Below are positions 7,689-15,430 of a DNA stretch of 26,013 bases, in pieces. The notes beneath the pieces are model-generated. The model did no database searches, had not been told where the DNA came from, and worked only from the letters and a program-made list of their open reading frames with translations. The position numbers were made by a program, and so were the translations under genes. How positions within the stretch are numbered: the first letter of the stretch is position 1; each line of letters starts with the position of its first letter. The stretch comes from Candidatus Velthaea sp. (GTDB lineage Bacteria > Vulcanimicrobiota > Vulcanimicrobiia > Vulcanimicrobiales > Vulcanimicrobiaceae), in contig JBEKHC010000076.1 of assembly GCA_050012475.1 (NCBI GenBank), positions 1-26,013 on the forward strand, written 5' to 3'.

Positions 7689-10600
7689 ATGACGGAATTT
7701 TGGCGCACCGCATTGGGGGCTGGTCGCCGCCCGAGTTCCGATCAGGAAGCCGCGATCGTCGCGCCGCCGACCGGCCGGCGCAGCGTCAACGCCGGCGCCG
7801 GCACGGGCAAGACCTCAACGCTCGCATTGCGCGTCCTCTATTTGATCGAATCCGGTCAGCTGCGTGCCGATCAGATCGTCGTCGTCACCTTCACGCGCAA
7901 GGCCGCAGCCGAGGTCAGCACGCGTATTGCCGATACGCTCGACCGCGCGCGCGCCGGCACCAACGGCGCGCCGTTTGCGCGCAGCGATCAAAGCGTCAAG
8001 TGCACCACGATCCATGCGCTTGCAGCGGAGATTCTGCGTGAAAGCGCCTTCGAGTTCGATGCCCCGGCGCCCCTGCGCCCGATCAGCGACGGTGAAGCCT
8101 ATCGTGTTTTCCACGCGTCGTTCCGCGCGCTGCTCGACGGCCGGCTCGCGACCGGCACCGACGCTTTTCCGATTGCCGAACTCAACCTCGGCGCGCTCGA
8201 ACGCGACTTGGCCAAACTTGCCCTGCGCTTGAAGAATCACGGCCTACGCCCGGACGACTTTGAATCGCGGGCGCTGGCGGCAACCGACCGCTTTGGCCGG
8301 CAACGCTGGGGGCAACTTTGGGAGCCCGGTTCAAAGCGGACCGGCAACCGGATCAACGTCGAGCCGAAAGTTGCGGTCACGGCCGAGGAGCTGGGGCGCG
8401 AGGCGCAACGCGAGCGGGCGAACATCCGGGTCGTCGCTGCGCTCTTCGCAGACTTCGATCGCCGGCTGGCCGAGCGCGGGGCAGCGACGTACGGCGATCT
8501 CATTGCCTTCGCGACGCGGCTGCTGCGCGAACGGCCCTCGCTGGTGATGCGGCTGCGCGACCGCTGGCGTTACCTGCTGCTCGACGAAAGTCAAGATACG
8601 AGCGAACTGCAATTGACCTTCATCGAAACGCTGTTCGGACGGCCGGGAGAATGTGCGGCAGCCGGTATGATGCCCGTCGGCGACAGCCGGCAGGCGATCT
8701 ACGGCTTTAACGGCGCTGCCGAAGACGTGATGGAGCGTTTGGCCGAGGCCGCCGATACGACCCACCCGCTGGTGATCAATCGCCGTTCGCCGCAAGAAAT
8801 CGTGGATGCCAGTCACGCCGTTCTCGAAAAGCACGGCGTCATCGGCGCGAGCATGCCGCGCCTCGAAGCATCGTCCGGCAACGGCGGACTTGGCTGCGTC
8901 CGGCTCGAGACCTTCGGCGAGCCCGGCGGCTCGATCAAGGAGCACGTCGAGCGCGAGGCCGCCGCAATTGCGCGCGAGATCGAACGGCTGCTGCGCGACG
9001 AATCGACGACGACGAGCGACATTGCGATTCTGGTACGTCGCCGCACGCATGCCGCCGCGTACGTCCGGGCGCTCAACGAACGCGGCATCTGCGCCGCGCT
9101 CGACAGGCGCAGCGGTCTGTTCGTCGCCGACGAAATTCGCGACGCGCTGGCGTGGATGTCGCTGCTGCTGGACCTGCAAGATCGTCGCGCGGCAGTCCGC
9201 GTCCTGCAATCGCCTCAGGTGGGGCTCAGCGATGCGACGATGATCGCGCTGACCGCGCGCAAGAACTGGCTGGAACGATTCCTGCGCGACGAACTCGGTG
9301 CCGGAGTCGAAATCGAAACGCGCGCCCGGCTCGATCGCGCGCGCTCGCTGCTGACGGCGCTGTTGCCGTCGGTCGCTCTTCCGCTGTGTTCCGCAGTGGC
9401 GGCAATCCTCGCCGAAGTCCCGCTGGCGGCAAGCTACGTGCGGATCGGGCCCGCGATCGGCGCTCAGGCGATCATCAACCTGCGGAGTTTCGAGGAACTG
9501 GCCCGCGAGTTCGCCGGCGACCGTTCGGACGCGCGTCTGGCAGAATTCGTCGACGACATCGAGCGCCGAATTCTCTACGATGACGACCCCCAGGAACCCG
9601 AACTCGAACTCGATGGGGTTCGGATCCTCACCGTCCACCAAGCGAAAGGGCTCGAGTGGCCCTACGTCTTCGTTGCCTGTTCGACCAAGGCGCAGTACGG
9701 GAGTTCGGAACTCACCGACCGCGTCGTCCACTACGACCTGCCCAGCGGCGCGTTCGCGCTCAAGAATGACGTCGACGGTCACGAGACGTTCCACTGGCTC
9801 ACGCTCAATTGCGAGCATGACCCCGACACCGGCGAGCGCGTCATCCCCGGGAATCGGAAGCGCGCGCACGCGCGCGAGCAGGCTCGCGTCTTCTATGTTG
9901 CGTTGACGCGAGCGCAGCGCCGCGTTTACGTCACGGCGCCGGCTGCGCCGGGCCGCGGCGAAGCGCCGTATCTCGACGCGATCCGCGAATGGGCCGCGGC
10001 GCGCGAACCTGCCGCCAACCTCCGGTTCGATACACCTGCTTCGATCGAATCCGCGGTTGCGCCGGCGTCAACGCCGGTGCAGTCGAAACGAGCATTGATC
10101 GCGCGCATTGCCGCTCCGGAGAATGGCGAAACCGCACCGGCGTTCCGCCCGCGGGTGTCGTTTAGCGCAATCTCGGCATTCGCCACCTGCCCGCGCATGG
10201 CGCGCCTGCGGTACCGGCTCATGTTGCCCGATCTGCGCCGGGCGCAAAGCCGTTTCGTCGGACCGAACGGCCAAGATGCCGGCTTGCCGAGCAATGCCGC
10301 CCGTTTAGGATCGCTGGCGCATCGAGCGCTCGAGCTGTGGGGCCGCGCGACGATTGCTGGCGTCGGCGTGCCGATCGACGCGGCTTTTGCCGGCGCTTTG
10401 CTCGACTTTGCCGATGCCACGCCGCACGAGATCGAGCGTGCCCGCTCCGCAGCCGCCGGTGCGGTCGACGCATTGTCGGGGTATACCGTCCTCGCCGTCG
10501 AGGCAGCATTCGCGATCTCCATCGGCTCGACGAACGTCGAGGGGTTCATCGATCGCATTGCCCGCAATCCGGGCGGCCGGCTCCTGGTCGTCGACTACAA

Positions 10601-10883
10601 AACCGGGCGCAGCGACGACGAACAATATGCGCTGCAGCTTGCCCTGTATCGGCGCGTGGCCGAGCAGCGCTTTCCCGGTGAACACGTCACGGCGGCGCTT
10701 CTGCGCCTCACGCCGGAGAGCGCCGTCCTCTCGTTTCCGGCCCCGATACCGGACGCCGAACTCGATGCCACCATCGCGGCGGTCGGCTTGTTCGAGAGTG
10801 ATACCCCAAACGTCGGTTCCTGGTGCGTTCCTTGCCCGTACCGCGGATCGCCCTGCATGGCCCCGTTGGCGCATGCCGGCTGA
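7689..10883 (+). CDS. ATP-dependent DNA helicase-nuclease subunit 2 (UvrD/SF1A helicase plus C-terminal PD-(D/E)XK nuclease; AdnAB/AddAB-like)
   Basis: AGAGTGKT, TIH, LDESQDT, VGDSRQAIYGFNGA, TVHQAKGLEW and YVALTRAQ. Nuclease motifs GFIDRI...DYKTG...QLALY, with CP plus C-x2-C-x6-C. The ATG directly follows the upstream TAG, with GAGG upstream. Confidence 0.93.
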   Translation: MTEFWRTALGAGRRPSSDQEAAIVAPPTGRRSVNAGAGTGKTSTLALRVLYLIESGQLRADQIVVVTFTRKAAAEVSTRIADTLDRARAGTNGAPFARSDQSVKCTTIHALAAEILRESAFEFDAPAPLRPISDGEAYRVFHASFRALLDGRLATGTDAFPIAELNLGALERDLAKLALRLKNHGLRPDDFESRALAATDRFGRQRWGQLWEPGSKRTGNRINVEPKVAVTAEELGREAQRERANIRVVAALFADFDRRLAERGAATYGDLIAFATRLLRERPSLVMRLRDRWRYLLLDESQDTSELQLTFIETLFGRPGECAAAGMMPVGDSRQAIYGFNGAAEDVMERLAEAADTTHPLVINRRSPQEIVDASHAVLEKHGVIGASMPRLEASSGNGGLGCVRLETFGEPGGSIKEHVEREAAAIAREIERLLRDESTTTSDIAILVRRRTHAAAYVRALNERGICAALDRRSGLFVADEIRDALAWMSLLLDLQDRRAAVRVLQSPQVGLSDATMIALTARKNWLERFLRDELGAGVEIETRARLDRARSLLTALLPSVALPLCSAVAAILAEVPLAASYVRIGPAIGAQAIINLRSFEELAREFAGDRSDARLAEFVDDIERRILYDDDPQEPELELDGVRILTVHQAKGLEWPYVFVACSTKAQYGSSELTDRVVHYDLPSGAFALKNDVDGHETFHWLTLNCEHDPDTGERVIPGNRKRAHAREQARVFYVALTRAQRRVYVTAPAAPGRGEAPYLDAIREWAAAREPAANLRFDTPASIESAVAPASTPVQSKRALIARIAAPENGETAPAFRPRVSFSAISAFATCPRMARLRYRLMLPDLRRAQSRFVGPNGQDAGLPSNAARLGSLAHRALELWGRATIAGVGVPIDAAFAGALLDFADATPHEIERARSAAAGAVDALSGYTVLAVEAAFAISIGSTNVEGFIDRIARNPGGRLLVVDYKTGRSDDEQYALQLALYRRVAEQRFPGEHVTAALLRLTPESAVLSFPAPIPDAELDATIAAVGLFESDTPNVGSWCVPCPYRGSPCMAPLAHAG

Positions 10884-10918
10884 CGACGAATGCCGATGGA
10901 AACCGAAAAACGCTCCGG

Positions 10919-11068
10919 TCAGCAAGGGTCGACGATTCGCACGATCGCGAGTGCCCAGCCGCGAGCCGTACGCGTGCGCACGAGATAGCCGTAGCTGGTT
11001 CGATCGTACACTTGAAAGCCCGCGCGCAGCGCTTCGGCCACGGACCGGAAAATCATGATGCCTGCCAT
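10919..11068 (-). CDS. Small hypothetical protein (49 aa), not in the ORF track
   Basis: MAGIMIFRSVAEALRAGFQVYDRTSYGYLVRTRTARGWALAIVRIVDPC. GGAGG lies 9 nt before the ATG, the ORF fills an otherwise empty gap, and its composition is globular. Confidence 0.75.
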   Translation of the reverse strand: MAGIMIFRSVAEALRAGFQVYDRTSYGYLVRTRTARGWALAIVRIVDPC

Positions 11069-11180
11069 TGCGTTTGCCCTCCGATGCGGAGAATGCAGTA
11101 CTGTTAGCGCTCCGAAAAAGGTGCCCGCTCGATGAGTCGCGCTTCGAGCACGACCGCGGTGACCGGGTTCAAGCGGTGGC

Positions 11181-11208
11181 CAAGAAGCCGCGCGGATGCG
11201 GCTTCTTG
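11181..11208 (-). terminator. Hairpin, probable terminator of 11224..11463
   Basis: Perfect 11-bp inverted repeat CAAGAAGCCGC-6 nt-GCGGCTTCTTG, 15 nt after the stop codon. Confidence 0.65.
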
Positions 11209-11223
11209 CGTTCCGCCGCCCGA

Positions 11224-11463
11224 TCAGAGGCTCGTGCCCAACTTGCGGAATTCGACGCGACGCGCGTCCGCGCTGTCCTGTTCGAGCGCCATCCGGCGAT
11301 CGGCATTTGTATTGACGGTCGACATCGACACGGTCGTTGCTGATGGCGATGCGGGTGCGGGCGCGGTCGTCTGCGCCGACGCGGCGACACCGATCGAGAG
11401 AAATCCGGAAGCCAGTGCGCCGGCGAGTGCGAGGCGGTTGATAACCTGAAAACGATTTTTCAT
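11224..11463 (-). CDS. Small secreted hypothetical protein (79 aa)
   Basis: AAAGGA ribosome-binding site before ATG 11463. Signal peptide MKNRFQVINRLALAGALASGFLSIGVAASA-Q, then a Pro/Ala/Thr linker and a short charged helix. Confidence 0.7.
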   Translation of the reverse strand: MKNRFQVINRLALAGALASGFLSIGVAASAQTTAPAPASPSATTVSMSTVNTNADRRMALEQDSADARRVEFRKLGTSL

Positions 11464-11818
11464 GAGACGTTCCTTTTGTGAGTGATTGAAGTGAGTTAAC
11501 CGAGATTGACCCCGAACGTGATGGTCGAGCGCCAGCAACGTTGAAACCAACGTGAATTGCAGAGACGTGACCGGCTCAAAGTCATGATGATAGAAGCTGC
11601 TGGGCGTTGCTTGTTTAGCAATCTTTCGGCGGCGATGGTTTGAGGTCGCTCGCCCCAACGGGACACGGCGTATTCCGTCGGCTGCGTGAAGAGCGATCGT
11701 GCGCTCTGCGTGGAACGTGCCTGCCGCTCAAACACCGGACATCCGTCTCAACGTTTGAGCTTTGGGCTTGGATTCGGCGGGGCCGCTCTGCCCGATTCGG
11801 CTCGCCGGCCCGCGGCGC

Positions 11819-12271
11819 TTACAAGTCCGAATGAACGCCGGTTTCGTTTCCAGCGGCGTGCCAGCTGCTGCCGTCGGCGAAATCGACGTCCGTAACGTTG
11901 CAAACGACGTTCGCGAGTGAACCGACCGGGTTCGCGATTGCGAAATGATGCTTGATCTGGACGCCGTGCGTGAAGATGCCCTTGTCCACGATCGCTTTTG
12001 TGAATTGGCCGTCGGCAACCGAGAACTTCACGACGGTCGCGGCCACGTTTGCGGTGTTGACGAAATGCACCGCGACATCACTGGCGATGAACTGCGGCGG
12101 TTCCTCGACCTCCGTGCCGACCGTACCCGGTGAGTACAATTCGTTCACGCGAAACGACGCGATCGTGATCGGCGAATGCGCAGCGAAGGCAACCGTTTGC
12201 GCCGGTGCCGGCGCATGCGTCGCTGCGATCAAAGCGGCGGTAGCGAAACTTGTAAGGCTGGTCTTGAACAT
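11819..12271 (-). CDS. Secreted beta-rich hypothetical protein (150 aa)
   Basis: GGGAG before ATG 12271 and a signal peptide ending APA-Q. The beta-strand pattern F.N...A..V.F...D.G.F..G..I.H...C.V..V.F.DGS.W suggests an Ig-like domain (inference). Confidence 0.8.
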   Translation of the reverse strand: MFKTSLTSFATAALIAATHAPAPAQTVAFAAHSPITIASFRVNELYSPGTVGTEVEEPPQFIASDVAVHFVNTANVAATVVKFSVADGQFTKAIVDKGIFTHGVQIKHHFAIANPVGSLANVVCNVTDVDFADGSSWHAAGNETGVHSDL

Positions 12272-12315
12272 CGTTGCTGCTCCCTGCGTGTCGTTGAAGG
12301 TGTTCTCTCCCAAAG

Positions 12316-12342
12316 TACGCACGATAGCGTCGAAGCAGATGA
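12316..12342 (-). promoter_or_regulatory. Putative ECF sigma promoter, TCATCT-N17-CGTA
   Basis: Resembles TCATCC-N16-CGTA upstream of the sigma operon, and both are followed by CT. It lies 44 nt upstream of the ATG at 12271. Confidence 0.4.
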
Positions 12343-12447
12343 CTTTCGTGGGCGGATTTTCTGCAGACGCGGTATCGCCGGCCGGATCTCTCGCTGCGTG
12401 ATCCCGTTGTCGAAGGCAGCCGCGTCGTCGTGGCCAAGCCGGTCCGC

Positions 12448-12481
12448 AAAAAAAACGTGCGGCTCGCTCGAACCGCACGTT
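12448..12481 (-). terminator. Intrinsic (Rho-independent) terminator
   Basis: The minus strand reads AACGTGCGG-TTCGAGCGAG-CCGCACGTT and runs into a T8 tract. Confidence 0.8.
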
Positions 12482-12577
12482 ACAGCACGCGCTGCGTTAG
12501 ACAAATGCACTTCGTGCATTCTGTCGCGTTTGGGCTTCGCGGGTGTACCGAGCGAAGCCGAGGCACACCCATAAGCC
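12448..12577 (-). ncRNA. Candidate structured RNA (sRNA, leader or 3' UTR element), family not recognised
   Basis: Four consecutive stem-loops in non-coding DNA: GGGTGTGCC/GGTACACCC, GACA-G-AATGCAC-GAA-GTGCATT-TGTC, CAGC-GCGT-GCTG, then the terminator. Confidence 0.4.
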
Positions 12578-12717
12578 GCCCTACCAGTTTGGCGACGAGT
12601 CGGACAAAATGGCTAGGGGAATGCGCTGCGCACATTCGGTCACGTTCTGGCTTCGCCCGAGCTGCCATCACGGACGGTTGTCAGCGCTCGCTTCACTGAC
12701 GCGCGCCCGGCACGCGT

Positions 12718-13431
12718 TTAGCGCGCCGAATACGCCAGCGTTGCGTCGGCGAGCGTTCGGCCGGAGGGGTCGACGAGTGCGAGCGACGTCGGGCGCGGGA
12801 TGTCGCGCACGAACAGCGCGGCGCTGCTGCCGCGCACCTCGGGTTGGCCTAAGTCGCGCTCGCCCGCCGCGGAACGCGCGACGACGCGACAGTCACATGT
12901 CGAACCGGCGATCACGACGTAGAACCACGCGCCGTCACGAGCGTACAGCGCCTTGCTGACGGGCACTCCCGCAGCGCGCGTGGTGAACGTGACATGATTG
13001 AAGTGCGAGGTTGCGATCGTCGCCAAGATCGCGCTGTCATGCGCGGCCTGCCGCGCGTTCCCGGAACGTTCGACGTACTCGCCGCCGCCGATTCCCGCGG
13101 CGAGCAGCACCGCGGCGGCAGCCGCGGCGAAGGCCGGCGCACGCCATGCAGCGCGACGGGACGCGCGGCGCGACACCAGCGGCACCACGGCCGCCGCCGA
13201 AGCAGCGATGCGCGCCTGCAGCCGGTCAGGCGGTTCGAGTTGCGGCACGAACGCGTCATCGAGCGCGGCGACCGTCGATTCGGCTACGCCGAGCGCACGG
13301 GTGCACGTCGTGCACTGGGCCGCGTGGTCTTCGACTTGCGCTCGTTCGAGCGGTTCGAGCATCCCTAGCGCGTAGAGCTCGGCGAGTTCTCCGAGGTGCC
13401 CCCGATCGGGCTGTTCGCTCATCGCGCTCAC
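12718..13431 (-). CDS. Anti-sigma factor, RskA-like, with zinc-binding ZAS domain
   Basis: YALGML...E.H-x3-C-x2-C (HAAQCTTC), PP..L..RI, a single transmembrane helix and an extracytoplasmic domain. GTGA overlap with the sigma stop codon. Confidence 0.88.
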   Translation of the reverse strand: MSAMSEQPDRGHLGELAELYALGMLEPLERAQVEDHAAQCTTCTRALGVAESTVAALDDAFVPQLEPPDRLQARIAASAAAVVPLVSRRASRRAAWRAPAFAAAAAAVLLAAGIGGGEYVERSGNARQAAHDSAILATIATSHFNHVTFTTRAAGVPVSKALYARDGAWFYVVIAGSTCDCRVVARSAAGERDLGQPEVRGSSAALFVRDIPRPTSLALVDPSGRTLADATLAYSAR

Positions 13432-14003
13432 GGTTTGCCCACTCCTTGTTGGGTCAATGCGACATTGAGTTTGCGCAACGCCATCGCGATGCGACTCTTG
13501 GTCGTGCCCAGCGGAACACCGAGCTGCTGCGCGACTTGAACGTGCGTGAGCTGGCCGAAATAGGCCAGCTCGAGTGCTGCTTTCTGTTCGCCCGGCAAGT
13601 CCGCGAGCGCACGGCGCAGCCGGTCCCGCTCGATGGGGTCGTGCACGTCGAGCTCGTAGGTGCAGCGCTCGTCGGCGGCCTTCGCCAAGCGCTCGTCGAT
13701 GCGCGCATGCCGGGCGGCGTTGCGCCGGCGCGTGAGCGCTTCGTTGCGCACGCTCACGAGCAGGTAGCTGCGCAACGGGCCGCGCTCGGGGCTATACGAC
13801 CCTGGGCGCTGCCAGATGCGCACGAGAGCGTCGTGCACGCAATCCTGCGCATCTTCGTCGCTCGCCAGCACGTTGCGCGCCACCGAATAGAGCAGCCGGC
13901 CGAAGGCGCGATACACGGCTTCGAGCCCGCTGCTCCGGCCCGCGAGAAAGTCGGCGACCATCTCGCCGTCCTCGCGTTCATCGCTGCCGAATCGATCGAC
14001 CAC
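13428..14003 (-). CDS. ECF RNA polymerase sigma factor, SigK-like
   Basis: Region 2 (DAQDCVHDALVRIW, Y.PERG.LRSYL...RN) and region 4 (LPGEQKAALELAYFGQLTH.QVA..LGVPLGTTKSR). Confidence 0.93.
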   Translation of the reverse strand: MVDRFGSDEREDGEMVADFLAGRSSGLEAVYRAFGRLLYSVARNVLASDEDAQDCVHDALVRIWQRPGSYSPERGPLRSYLLVSVRNEALTRRRNAARHARIDERLAKAADERCTYELDVHDPIERDRLRRALADLPGEQKAALELAYFGQLTHVQVAQQLGVPLGTTKSRIAMALRKLNVALTQQGVGKP

Positions 14004-14015
14004 GCTGATCGGCGT

Positions 14016-14897
14016 TTACCCAAGCGAATGGTCGGCCACGCGCGCGGGGGCGTCCGCGGCGAGCTCGACGGAGCGGTACCCCAGCACTTTGAGCAGCATA
14101 TCGTCCGGGACTTTGAGCGGCCCCGGCTTGTCCGCCGTGCCCGGTGCGGGCTGCGGATACGCCGTGGCAGCCGCGGTCGCGAACTTGATGTTGCCTTCGG
14201 TGTGCTGGATGATCTGGTGGATGTGGCCGTTGAGCACCGTGACCGCATCGAACCGCCGCAGCGCCGCCAGAACGCGGGCGCCGTCTTGGGTCGTCCAGCC
14301 CCACGGTGGAAAGAGCGCGTACAGCGGAACGTGGCCGAAGACGACGATCGGCGTGGAGGTCTTTTGCGCTGCGAGGTCTTTTTCGACGAAGTCGAGCTGG
14401 TCGGTGCCGAGCTTTCCGTCGACCTCGAAATTGAAGACGTTCACCAGCGAAAGAAAATGAATGCCGCCCGCATCGAATGAGAACCAGCCGTTGGGGGCGT
14501 CCGGCCGCGCGAACGCGTCGAAGAATCCGCGCGGCGAGCCGATGACGTCGTGTTCGCCGGGCAGTACGATCAGCGGAGCCTTGAGCGTCGAAAGCACTTG
14601 CTTTGCGGCGTCGAACTGCGCCGGCTTCGACAGATGCGTCACATCGCCGGTGTGCACGACGAACGCCGGCTGCTGCGGCAGAGCATTGATCGCCGCGATC
14701 GTCTTGGTGAACGTTCCGAGCACGTCCGGATTCTCGGGACGCGCGAAGCCGATGTGGCTGTCGCTGATCTGAATGAACGAATACGCGGTCGTCGCCGCGG
14801 AAGCCGGTCTGCTCGCCAGCAAACCGCTGGCCGACAGGCTCCAAGCGATGCCGCTGCCGGTCCAGGCGACGTGTTCGAGAAAACTGCTGCGTTTCAC
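14016..14897 (-). CDS. Calcineurin-like metallophosphoesterase (CpdA/Icc-like) with Tat-like leader
   Basis: DSH, TGD, GEHD, GHVP and GHIH motifs. The N-terminus is MKRSSFL followed by a hydrophobic stretch and ASA. Confidence 0.9.
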   Translation of the reverse strand: MKRSSFLEHVAWTGSGIAWSLSASGLLASRPASAATTAYSFIQISDSHIGFARPENPDVLGTFTKTIAAINALPQQPAFVVHTGDVTHLSKPAQFDAAKQVLSTLKAPLIVLPGEHDVIGSPRGFFDAFARPDAPNGWFSFDAGGIHFLSLVNVFNFEVDGKLGTDQLDFVEKDLAAQKTSTPIVVFGHVPLYALFPPWGWTTQDGARVLAALRRFDAVTVLNGHIHQIIQHTEGNIKFATAAATAYPQPAPGTADKPGPLKVPDDMLLKVLGYRSVELAADAPARVADHSLG

Positions 14898-14904
14898 GGC
14901 GCGC

Positions 14905-15276
14905 CTACTTCGCCGGACTGCCGGCTGCCGGAAGGACGACGAGCGTCGCCTTCATGTACGGGTGCAGCTCGCAAAAATAGTTATACGTGCCGGGCTTGGT
15001 GAACACGTGTTGCCACGTACCGTTCGAATCGAGTCCCTCCGAATCGAACGATTTGTCATCGGACGTTGCCGTGTGCGCCTCGTCGTCGTCATTCACGAAC
15101 GTGACGCGGTCGCCGGCGTGAATTTTCGCCGGCGTCGGGTTGTACTTGAAATCTTTGATGTGGATGGTGAGCACCGACGGAAGCAGCTGCGCAGCGGGAT
15201 CGGCGGCGCCGGCGGGTGCGCCGGGAGCGGCGAGGCAGACCGCGAGCGCACTCGCGGCAGCAAGGGTTTTGTACAT
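14905..15276 (-). CDS. Secreted cupredoxin (amicyanin/plastocyanin-like blue copper protein)
   Basis: Signal peptide, GD.VTF.N.D..AHT, and ligand loop C-x2-H-x2-M (CELHPYM). GGAG lies 8 nt before ATG 15276. Confidence 0.92.
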   Translation of the reverse strand: MYKTLAAASALAVCLAAPGAPAGAADPAAQLLPSVLTIHIKDFKYNPTPAKIHAGDRVTFVNDDDEAHTATSDDKSFDSEGLDSNGTWQHVFTKPGTYNYFCELHPYMKATLVVLPAAGSPAK

Positions 15277-15310
15277 GGGCATCTCTCCAAATGAGTACTG
15301 CTGCCCGGAG

Positions 15311-15336
15311 TACGCCGAAGTCCGTCCGGCGGATGA
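15311..15336 (-). promoter_or_regulatory. Putative autoregulatory ECF promoter, TCATCC-N16-CGTA
   Basis: Exact 16-nt spacer, 34 nt upstream of the first gene of the sigma operon. It resembles the ATCC...CG(T/A)A promoters described for SigK-related ECF groups. Confidence 0.6.
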
Positions 15337-15430
15337 GTCCGCGCGGCTCCCGGCGAGAATGCCACCCGCCTGGCACACACGAATCGTATCGTGGGGTGGT
15401 CATGGATGCAATTCTACCGGCCGGCCCGCT

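Noticed and set aside
4752..10883. Cas4/CRISPR interpretation of the 4-Cys PD-(D/E)XK domains
   Set aside because: The domains are fused to UvrD helicases as in AddAB/AdnAB, and there are no cas genes or repeat-spacer array in the window.
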